A stretch of DNA of 53,379 bases, taken from IMG/VR virus record IMGVR_UViG_3300046167_000321, positions 1 through 53,379 of that record, one strand, 5' to 3'. A program made the position numbers and the translations under genes. Of this stretch, positions 7,882-15,661 are shown piece by piece; the first letter of the stretch is position 1, and each line of letters starts with the position of its first letter. This DNA is from a virus (Duplodnaviria; Caudoviricetes). The notes beneath the pieces were generated by a model. That model searched no databases. It was not told the origin of the DNA and worked only from the letters and a program-made list of their open reading frames with translations.

Positions 7882-10048
7882 TGGATGGTTGGTACTGGAC
7901 CTAGAAACTACAGTAGAGAAGCGTGATAACAAATGGGACAACAGCCCTAAGAACCCTAACAATAAGATTGTATCAGCGCATTACGGGTGGCTTGGTGAAA
8001 CGAGTGTAGAAGACGTTCAGCATGACTTTTACTATCATAATGAACTCACCACCCCTGCTGATCCTAAGAAGCTGCAGGGATACTTAGATAAAGCTAAAGG
8101 TCTAATCTTTCACAATAGTAAGTTCGATGCCTTTTGGTTGATCGAAGCCGGGTTTAGTATCCCAGATATTATATTCTGTACGATGATTGCAGAATATATC
8201 TTAGGCAAAGGGCGTAACACTGAAGTCGTTAAAGATGAGGATGGTAAGGACCAAGTAGTACGCCGGGAGATATCCCTAAAAGCAACAGCACAACGTCATG
8301 ACGTTACTCGCAAGAAGAGTGAGCTAGTCGATGAACTGTTTAAGTCTGGTACGGGCTTTGAGGCCATGCCTATCGAGGTGGTACGGGAATACGCTGAAGC
8401 GGATGTTGTTAGCTGTGGGGAGATATACTTATCTCAACAGGAGATATTCAACACTGATCCTAATAAGCCTTTACTGAACATAGTCCGTCTGATGAATGAG
8501 ATGACTTGGTTCCTTCTCGAGATAGAAGGCAACGGCTGCAAGATCGATATGGATGTTCTTAATCAAGTTGAGAGTGACTTCCGTACAGAGAAGGCAGAAC
8601 TAGAGAAAGCCCTTAACCAAATCGTTACAGAGGTAATGGGCGACACGGTTATAAACCTAAACAGCGGACAAGACATGACCAAGGTTGTGTATTCCCGTCA
8701 GGTATTAGATCGTGAGAAGCACAGGTCTACTTGGAATATAGGTGTGAACTCGAAGGGTAAGCCTTTGATGCCGCCTCGTATGAACCGAAGCCAGTTCAAC
8801 AGATCTGTTCGAGCTACCACACAGAAGGTATACAGAACTATAGCTATGTGCTGCCAGTTGTGCAGCGGTCACGGTACTATACAGAAGTACAAGAAGAATG
8901 GTGATCCTTGGAAGATACGCAGTAAGTGCAGCCTGTGTGAGGGCCGGGGCGCTATCTACGTTCCACAGAGCAAAGTAGCAGGGCTGAAGCTAAACCCTAC
9001 TGTACCCTCTGACGCAAGCATCAATGGTTTTAAGACAGATAAGCTCACTATCGGGCGTCTTATAGATCAGGCTAGGGAAAAGGATAACCTCACTGCTATT
9101 GAGTTCCTGACCAAGATCAAACGCCTCAATGCTATCAACACCTACCTTGATAGTTTTATATCGGGGATACAGACATGGACCAGACCATCAGGCCTACTGC
9201 ATTCTACCTTTAATCAGTGTGTCACTGCTACCGGGCGTCTGTCATCCACTAATCCTAACTTCCAAAACTTACCTAAAGGCAACAAGTTCGAGGTCCGTAG
9301 GGCTATTGTAAGCAGGTTCCCCGGCGGGAAAATCGGAGAAATGGATTTCAGTGGCCTTGAATTTAGAGTCGCAGGGATGCTGTCCCGGGATCAGCAGATC
9401 ATAGATGACGTACTGAATGGCAAGGATGTTCATAAACAAACCGCATCAATCATACTGCAGAAAACAGAAGAAGAGGTGACTAAAAATGAAAGGTCTGAGG
9501 CAAAGGCTTTTACGTTCCAACCATTATATGGCGGAGGCTCAAACGGAAAAGCAAGTCACATCAAAGCCTACTTCGACTCCTATTTCAATATCTACGAAGG
9601 ACTGTCTAGATGGCACAAAAGCCTCGGAGACGAAGTTATCAACCGAGGATATATTCAGACTCCAAGTGGTAGACAGTTTGCGTTCCCCGGAGCAAAACGG
9701 CTTGGGTCTGGACGAGTTACCAACCACACCCAAGTGGTTAACTTCCCCTGCCAGAGCTTTGCAACGGCTGATATCGTACCCCTTTCGTGTATTCGTGCGC
9801 TTAAAAGGTTTCGTGATGATGGTCTTCAATCGAAGCTAATCCTCACAGTACACGATTCTATTGTCGTGGATATACATCCAGATGAAGTTGACGCCGTAGG
9901 TATTGCCCTCGAGTGGTCCATGTCAGGCGTGGATGAAGAACTAAAAGATAGATTCAATTACCAATCAGTCCTACCCCTAGACACCGAGTATTCAGTGGGA
10001 TCAAATTGGATGAATTTAGAAGAGTTAAGTGTTGCTTTAGACACCTAA
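7871..10048 (+). CDS. polA: Family A DNA polymerase with 3'-5' exonuclease and DnaJ-type Zn-finger insert
   Basis: LDLETT, HNSKFD, TATGRLSS..PNFQN, DFSGLEFR, AKAFTFQPLYG, TVHDS; CQLCSGHG...CSLCEGRG. Confidence 0.96.
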   Translation: MLHDGWLVLDLETTVEKRDNKWDNSPKNPNNKIVSAHYGWLGETSVEDVQHDFYYHNELTTPADPKKLQGYLDKAKGLIFHNSKFDAFWLIEAGFSIPDIIFCTMIAEYILGKGRNTEVVKDEDGKDQVVRREISLKATAQRHDVTRKKSELVDELFKSGTGFEAMPIEVVREYAEADVVSCGEIYLSQQEIFNTDPNKPLLNIVRLMNEMTWFLLEIEGNGCKIDMDVLNQVESDFRTEKAELEKALNQIVTEVMGDTVINLNSGQDMTKVVYSRQVLDREKHRSTWNIGVNSKGKPLMPPRMNRSQFNRSVRATTQKVYRTIAMCCQLCSGHGTIQKYKKNGDPWKIRSKCSLCEGRGAIYVPQSKVAGLKLNPTVPSDASINGFKTDKLTIGRLIDQAREKDNLTAIEFLTKIKRLNAINTYLDSFISGIQTWTRPSGLLHSTFNQCVTATGRLSSTNPNFQNLPKGNKFEVRRAIVSRFPGGKIGEMDFSGLEFRVAGMLSRDQQIIDDVLNGKDVHKQTASIILQKTEEEVTKNERSEAKAFTFQPLYGGGSNGKASHIKAYFDSYFNIYEGLSRWHKSLGDEVINRGYIQTPSGRQFAFPGAKRLGSGRVTNHTQVVNFPCQSFATADIVPLSCIRALKRFRDDGLQSKLILTVHDSIVVDIHPDEVDAVGIALEWSMSGVDEELKDRFNYQSVLPLDTEYSVGSNWMNLEELSVALDT

Positions 10049-10060
10049 CCGTAGTATAAC
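10032..10060 (+). promoter_or_regulatory. sigma70-type promoter for SSB operon
   Basis: TTGCTT-17-TATAAC; spacer contains GACACCTAA. Confidence 0.65.
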
Positions 10061-10088
10061 TAAGAACCAAATAATTGAGGAGAGCCGA

Positions 10089-10925
10089 ATGGCCGAACTA
10101 CAAACTACATCAACAATGTCGCTGGCTGAATTACACCAGACATTGGGTATCAATGATAAGCCACAATCAGGCAGTGGCACACGTCTTCCAGAGCTGAAGA
10201 TATCGTCTCAGCGTAAGGATAAAGAGGGCAACGACATCCGTAAATTTGAGGGTCAGTTCTTTCTGAAGAACTACGATCAAGAGGTATATGCTGAAACAGT
10301 ACGAATACGTGTACTATCTCAGCTATTTCAGTGGATCGATTATGATCCAGATGAGAACCGTGTGCGTAATAAGACACTCCTGATTCCTTTTATGAGCCAT
10401 GAAGCTCGTGATATGCAGGGTGGTATTCGATGCGGTAAGCCAACATCTCGTGAGATGAAGAACTGGTCACCTGAACAGAAGTCTAAGTATAAGAGCATTA
10501 CTTTGTTTAGACAGCTTCGGTGCTTAGTTTCATACGAAGGCGTTACTGCCTCTGGAGAGAAGGTTAAGGTAGAAAACGTACCATCAATCATTCTCAACAA
10601 GAACTCATCTTATATGAACTTCGAGGATGAAGTTGTTAAGAAGTTGAATGGCCGTAACTATAGTGATGTGTGGGTAGACCTATCTAGTCAGGAACATCAG
10701 AACGGTAGCGTGACCTACTACACATGGCATTACACACCAGACATTAAGAACCCGGTCCCATTGGATGACAAGACAATGGAAACTATGGTTCATTTTGCTG
10801 GTCTAGTTAAATCTGAAAATGAACGTATCGACAGCTCCTATGAGCGGTCACTGAAGGATCGTGTGATGGATGATGATGCCATCGATGCTCTTGAAGATGA
10901 TCTAGATGCGGATCTGATGGATTGA
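10089..10925 (+). CDS. Putative single-stranded DNA-binding protein
   Basis: Position after polA, acidic C-terminal tail (DDDAIDALEDDLDADLMD). Confidence 0.65.
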   Translation: MAELQTTSTMSLAELHQTLGINDKPQSGSGTRLPELKISSQRKDKEGNDIRKFEGQFFLKNYDQEVYAETVRIRVLSQLFQWIDYDPDENRVRNKTLLIPFMSHEARDMQGGIRCGKPTSREMKNWSPEQKSKYKSITLFRQLRCLVSYEGVTASGEKVKVENVPSIILNKNSSYMNFEDEVVKKLNGRNYSDVWVDLSSQEHQNGSVTYYTWHYTPDIKNPVPLDDKTMETMVHFAGLVKSENERIDSSYERSLKDRVMDDDAIDALEDDLDADLMD

Positions 10926-11782
10926 TATTAGAAGCCAAAATCCACCAAATCATGGAAAGGCTTTCCAACAACGAGTCTGATCAACTTGAGATTAAGAAAG
11001 AGTGGATCGACGAAGCTGTTGAAATGGTCAGGGAAGGGCTTGAAAGACAGCTCTTCCGTGAACAGGAACCTTTCCGGGTACGGATGTCCAACATATCCAA
11101 GCCTACCTGTCAGCTCCATATGGAAAAGCAAGGTAAGCCTAAGTCCAGAATGCCTTACAATCACATTATGCGGATGATGCATGGTGATATGATCGAGGCC
11201 ATCATGCAACTGATACTTCGTATCTCCGGTGCTAACATCACTGGAGGTAAGAATAAGGTAAAGCTGGATGTAGCTGGGACTGAGGTAAGAGGCGAAGACG
11301 ATATCGAGATTGATCATAAGGTCTTTGATACTAAGTCAGCCTCTCCTTGGGCCTTTGGTAACAAGTGGTCAAAGGGCTTTGCTGGATTACAAGAGTCTGA
11401 TGACTTCGGCTATATAGGTCAACTGGTAGGATATTCTGCAGCTCAGAATAAAGAACCGGGCGGATGGATTGTTGTAGATAAGAGTAGTGGTCAGGTCAAA
11501 GTTGTTGAAGCTGATCTAAAGAAGCGTGACATCAAGAAGATCCTCGGGAACATGAGTACCGCAGTGAAATCACTGGATGGTGAATTCAAGCGTTGCTTTG
11601 AGCCTGAAGATGAGTTGTTCCGCCGAAAGCCTACAGGTTCCAAACGGCTATCAGCCACCTGTGGGTTTTGCTCTTTTCTGGGGTCCTGTTGGCCTAATGC
11701 TCAATACCTACCACAGACGGGATCTCAAGCTAAAGAGCCTCGCCACTACTGGTACACAGAGTATGAGGGCAATAAACTTTAA
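10922..11782 (+). CDS. PD-(D/E)XK Cas4-like exonuclease
   Basis: RMSNI..P.CQL, GEDD...FDTKSAS, GYIGQL..Y, CGFCSF...CW. Confidence 0.8.
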   Translation: MILEAKIHQIMERLSNNESDQLEIKKEWIDEAVEMVREGLERQLFREQEPFRVRMSNISKPTCQLHMEKQGKPKSRMPYNHIMRMMHGDMIEAIMQLILRISGANITGGKNKVKLDVAGTEVRGEDDIEIDHKVFDTKSASPWAFGNKWSKGFAGLQESDDFGYIGQLVGYSAAQNKEPGGWIVVDKSSGQVKVVEADLKKRDIKKILGNMSTAVKSLDGEFKRCFEPEDELFRRKPTGSKRLSATCGFCSFLGSCWPNAQYLPQTGSQAKEPRHYWYTEYEGNKL

Positions 11783-12138
11783 TGCCCATCAAGACCTCGA
11801 GCGCCAAGAGCAAAGGACGTAAGCACCAGCAGTGGACACGGGACAGGCTCCTAGAGCTTTTCCCTACGCTCGAAAAGGATGACATCCGATCAACATCAAT
11901 GGGAGCTGGCGGGGAAGATCTACAATTCTCGCCAGCAGCCCGTAAGCAAATACCCATTAGCGTAGAGTGCAAAGCATACAAAGCCTTCGCAATTTACAAG
12001 GTAATGGACCAAGCCGCAGAAAATTCCAAAGAAGGAATAGAGCCTGTGGCGGTCATAAAGGCGGACAGACGAACTCCGTTGGCAGTGGTTGATGCTCAGT
12101 ATTTCTTTAAACTTCTAGCTAATTCGGAGACAAAATGA
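11782..12138 (+). CDS. Holliday junction resolvase-like endonuclease
   Basis: KSKGR..QQW, SMGAGGEDL, SVECK. Confidence 0.75.
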   Translation: MPIKTSSAKSKGRKHQQWTRDRLLELFPTLEKDDIRSTSMGAGGEDLQFSPAARKQIPISVECKAYKAFAIYKVMDQAAENSKEGIEPVAVIKADRRTPLAVVDAQYFFKLLANSETK

Positions 12139-12464
12139 ACCCGGACGAACTGCCTAATAATTCCATGATGTTGCTTGTTCAGATGAATGACGATGGAGAG
12201 ATGTCCATCCTATCTGGTAGTAACCTCGATGAGGACAACGACGAGAAAACCCTAGAGTACCTAAACGATGTGATGACCGGATTGTTCCTGTCTTTCGACA
12301 ACATGATCAACCTGTTTGCATATATCGGTCATATGGCCCGTACCTCAGAGGAGCTGTACGATGAGCTTCAAGGACAAGAGGCACACTTCGAGCCAGATGA
12401 AGAACTCCTGAAAGCCATTAGGGATAGCAAGGTTATCCCCTTCGACAAGAAGAAGCTCAACTGA
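12135..12464 (+). CDS. Hypothetical acidic protein
   Basis: Translationally coupled ORF ending VIPFDKKKLN. Confidence 0.7.
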   Translation: MNPDELPNNSMMLLVQMNDDGEMSILSGSNLDEDNDEKTLEYLNDVMTGLFLSFDNMINLFAYIGHMARTSEELYDELQGQEAHFEPDEELLKAIRDSKVIPFDKKKLN

Positions 12465-12745
12465 TGGCAAAGTGGAAAGAAGTACCGCTTGCGGCGGAAG
12501 CATGTGATCGAACTAAGATAGCATCAGACGGACTGTCTACGTCCTACTATGAGCTTCCAACTCACGCCACAGAGCTACGTCACTTGATCAGTCATAAGGG
12601 CATGAGCAAGAGCCGGGGAGATATCTTCAAGGCTTGCTACCGCCTCGGTGAAAAGCAGGGCACAGACACGCTCTACGATCTCAACAAGATGAAGTTCTTC
12701 ATTGAGGATTTAATAGAAATGCATAAGCGTGGAGAGCTTTTATGA
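12464..12745 (+). CDS. DUF3310-like protein
   Basis: SDG.STSYY.LP...GDIFKACYRLGEK...YDLNK..FF. Confidence 0.6.
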   Translation: MAKWKEVPLAAEACDRTKIASDGLSTSYYELPTHATELRHLISHKGMSKSRGDIFKACYRLGEKQGTDTLYDLNKMKFFIEDLIEMHKRGELL

Positions 12746-13068
12746 ACATGCAAGATTACCAAACCCAAGCATCTAAAACCGCAATATACAATGATGCGGA
12801 TGTAATAATTTACCCGGCTCTAGGCCTATTCAGTGAAGCTGGCGAAGTAGCTGGAAAAGTGAAGAAGGTCCTGCGGGATAAGAATGGCCATTTTGATCCC
12901 ATTGAGAGGGACAAAATAGCTGATGAGGTAGGTGATGTTCTTTGGTACATCGCTGCCCTTTGCACCGACTTAGGTGTGGGTATGGAAACCATAGCCCAAA
13001 ACAATCTCAACAAACTTAATAGCAGGATGTCACGTAATGTCATCCAAGGTTCAGGCGATAATCGATAG
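12742..13068 (+). CDS. mazG: MazG-like NTP pyrophosphohydrolase
   Basis: LGL..EAGEVA.KVKK, DEVGDVLWY, N..KL.SR. Confidence 0.88.
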   Translation: MNMQDYQTQASKTAIYNDADVIIYPALGLFSEAGEVAGKVKKVLRDKNGHFDPIERDKIADEVGDVLWYIAALCTDLGVGMETIAQNNLNKLNSRMSRNVIQGSGDNR

Positions 13069-13076
13069 GGAAAATA

Positions 13077-14762
13077 ATGAGCAGTTTTAAATCAAACCTA
13101 AATCCAGCATTCAGATCAAAGTTTAGCGAGGATATCTTTAACCATAAGTATAAGCATGAAGGTGCTGAAACTTGGGATGCATTGGCTAAAACACTAATTG
13201 ATGATGTATGTGGTGATTTTTTACCACAAGAGGAGTTAGACCAGCTCACACAATATGTACGTGAGATGAAGTTTATTCCGGGTGGACGTTACTTGTATTA
13301 TGCAGGGCGTCCAAACAAGTTCTTCAACAACTGTTACCTTCTGAAGGCAGAAGAAGATACTCGTGAGGATTGGGCTAACTTATCATGGAAAGCTGAGAGC
13401 GCACTAATGACAGGTGGAGGCATTGGTGTAGACTATTCTGTATATCGTGCCAGTGGATCTCCTATCGCTAAGACAGGTGGTCAGGCCAGTGGGCCTATCC
13501 CTAAGATGAACATGCTCAATGAGATTGGCCGCCGTGTAATGCAAGGTGGATCACGCCGCAGTGCTATCTATGCATCCTTGAACTGGAAGCATGGGGATAT
13601 CCATGAGTTTTTGGGGGCCAAGGATTGGGCAAATATGCCTGTAGGTCAAACAGGAAAGACATTGTGGGACATTAAGCAGGATGACTTTAACTTCCCTGCC
13701 CCTCTAGACATGACCAACATCAGTGTAAATTACGATACTGAATGGCTGCTGAATTATTATAAGACAGGTGACGTAGGCGAAGTGTTCATGAAGAACGTGC
13801 GTCAGGCTATGCAATCTGCCGAGCCGGGATTCTCCTTTAACTTCTTTGATAAAGAGAACGACACATTACGCAACGCCTGTACTGAGGTTACATCAGCGGA
13901 TGATAGTGATGTCTGCAACCTTGGGTCTATTAACATGGGCCGAGTAGAAGACATCGATGAGATGGCAGATATTGTGGCGTTAGGTACTAAGTTCCTTATC
14001 TGTGGGACAATGAAGGCCAAACTCCCTTACGACAAAGTGTATGAAACCCGTGAGAAGAACCGTCGGTTGGGTCTTGGTCTGATGGGTATGCATGAATGGT
14101 TAATCCAGAGAGGGTCTAAATATGAAGTTACTCCAGAACTGCATTCGTGGTTACAAGTATATAAAGGTGTCAGTGATAAAGTATCGAGAGAAACAGCAGA
14201 TGAGTTCTCAATATCACGACCCGTGGCCAACCGTGCCATTGCACCCACTGGAAGTATTGGCATATTGGCTGGCACCTCGACTGGCGTTGAGCCTATATTT
14301 GCTGTTGCTTATAAGCGCCGTTACTTAAAGGGCAATACTAGATGGGTATACCAATACGTTGTTGATAGTGCTGCACAAGAGCTTATTGACAGATATGGCG
14401 CACAACCTGATAATGTCGAAAGTGCTTTGGATCTGGCGTCTGATTATGAACGGCGCATGGCATTCCAAGCTGACGTACAGGATTACGTTGATATGTCGAT
14501 CTCCTCGACAATTAACCTTCCTGCATTCGGGAGCAAGTTGAACAATGAAAATACGGTTGAAACCTTCGCTAATACGTTGGCTAAGTATGCACCAAGACTT
14601 CGTGGCTTCACTTGCTATCCTGATGGTAGTCGTGGTGGTCAGCCTCTCACTTCCGTACCATATCACGAAGCCGTAGAGAAGCTAGGCGAAGAGTTCGACG
14701 AACATATCGAAACTCATGACATCTGTGACATCTCTGGAACCGGGGGTAGTTGCGGGGTTTGA
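13077..14762 (+). CDS. nrdJ: Class II (B12-dependent) ribonucleotide reductase, compact form
   Basis: PGGRYL, NNC, RNACTE, VCNLGS, IAPTG, ISSTINLP; no beta-subunit gene nearby. Confidence 0.88.
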   Translation: MSSFKSNLNPAFRSKFSEDIFNHKYKHEGAETWDALAKTLIDDVCGDFLPQEELDQLTQYVREMKFIPGGRYLYYAGRPNKFFNNCYLLKAEEDTREDWANLSWKAESALMTGGGIGVDYSVYRASGSPIAKTGGQASGPIPKMNMLNEIGRRVMQGGSRRSAIYASLNWKHGDIHEFLGAKDWANMPVGQTGKTLWDIKQDDFNFPAPLDMTNISVNYDTEWLLNYYKTGDVGEVFMKNVRQAMQSAEPGFSFNFFDKENDTLRNACTEVTSADDSDVCNLGSINMGRVEDIDEMADIVALGTKFLICGTMKAKLPYDKVYETREKNRRLGLGLMGMHEWLIQRGSKYEVTPELHSWLQVYKGVSDKVSRETADEFSISRPVANRAIAPTGSIGILAGTSTGVEPIFAVAYKRRYLKGNTRWVYQYVVDSAAQELIDRYGAQPDNVESALDLASDYERRMAFQADVQDYVDMSISSTINLPAFGSKLNNENTVETFANTLAKYAPRLRGFTCYPDGSRGGQPLTSVPYHEAVEKLGEEFDEHIETHDICDISGTGGSCGV

Positions 14763-14953
14763 GCAAGACAGGCATGATCATAGCATATAGCCGGGGAAAG
14801 GATGCCTTCCGAGAGGGCATCTTCTCCTCACCCTATGCCCCAGAAACAATCAAACACAAGGAATGGCAGAGAGGCTTCGATGAGGCCTTCTGTAAGCATA
14901 GAGAGGTTAATGATGTACAAGGAATTCAACTACCAGATTCACTCGAGGTATGA
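14750..14953 (+). CDS. Ribosome modulation factor (Rmf)-like small protein
   Basis: AYSRGKDAFREG...PY......EWQRGFDEA matches the Rmf pattern G..A...G....PY.....W..GW. Confidence 0.55.
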   Translation: MRGLSKTGMIIAYSRGKDAFREGIFSSPYAPETIKHKEWQRGFDEAFCKHREVNDVQGIQLPDSLEV

Positions 14954-15335
14954 TGAGGCTGCTAGATCTAAAGCAAAGATGTTTTGGAAGGATAATGGTT
15001 ATCAGTGTGACGATAACGAAGACATATATGGAGTTGATCTTGTTGTTGAAGGCAAGGGACGTAAGTTTAACTGTGAAGTAGAGGTTAAACAGACGTGGCA
15101 TGGTTTAAAGTTCCACTATGACACCTTACATATACCAGTACGCAAGGCTAAGTTCCTTACTGACCCAACCACCTTCATGGTATTCAACGCTGGCCTACAT
15201 CGAGTAGCTGTAGTTGGGCGAAAAGCTGTACGGGAAGCCCCAAAAGTAGAAGTTCCTAACCGTGAGATAGCGTTTGGTGAACGATTTTTCGATGTGCCTG
15301 TATCTCAGGCCAAATTCTTCACGATAGGAGCATAA
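14910..15335 (+). CDS. PD-(D/E)XK family nuclease
   Basis: YGVDL...CEVEVK; RBS GAGAGG before ATG 14910. Confidence 0.65.
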   Translation: MMYKEFNYQIHSRYDEAARSKAKMFWKDNGYQCDDNEDIYGVDLVVEGKGRKFNCEVEVKQTWHGLKFHYDTLHIPVRKAKFLTDPTTFMVFNAGLHRVAVVGRKAVREAPKVEVPNREIAFGERFFDVPVSQAKFFTIGA

Positions 15336-15336
15336 T

Positions 15337-15582
15337 ATGACTGAAGAAACAAACCAAGTGACGAAGGCACTGAATGATGCCATTGAGGCAAACCTTCAAG
15401 CAGTAGTAGTATCCGGTGTGGATGCTAATGGACAGATGTTTATGACCAGCTCTAATTCATCCCTACCTTTCATGCACTGGACACTAAATCGATCAGTGTT
15501 TGAGTTGGGATTATTTGAGAAAAACAATGCCGACAACGCAAAAAAAGACCCGGAGTCTGTTGACCCCGAGCCTAAAAAATAA
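15337..15582 (+). CDS. Hypothetical protein
   Basis: RBS AGGAG, 81 aa. Confidence 0.7.
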   Translation: MTEETNQVTKALNDAIEANLQAVVVSGVDANGQMFMTSSNSSLPFMHWTLNRSVFELGLFEKNNADNAKKDPESVDPEPKK

Positions 15583-15588
15583 TACAAC
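15560..15588 (+). promoter_or_regulatory. sigma70-type promoter with no downstream ORF (sRNA promoter)
   Basis: TTGACC-17-TACAAC; next element is a 5' hairpin, then a terminator ~70 nt later. Confidence 0.7.
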
Positions 15589-15593
15589 ACTTG

Positions 15594-15659
15594 AGAATGG
15601 TTTGGTCACCATTCTAGTTAGATAAGAATAAACCCTCAGTTAAATGCTGGGGGTTTTTT
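15594..15659 (+). ncRNA. Candidate trans-acting antisense sRNA (~66 nt)
   Basis: Hairpin agaatggt-TTGGTC-accattct, single-stranded agttagataag, terminator; TTTGGTCA-N5-CTAGTTAG is complementary to five translation starts. Confidence 0.72.
15630..15659 (+). terminator. Intrinsic terminator between convergent blocks (possibly bidirectional)
   Basis: aaaccctcag-ttaaatg-ctgggggttt-ttt. Confidence 0.8.
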
Positions 15660-15661
15660 CG

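Noticed and set aside
10922-11782. CRISPR-Cas system suggested by a Cas4-like nuclease
   Set aside because: No repeat-spacer array or other cas genes; solo Cas4-like exonucleases are normal in phage replication modules
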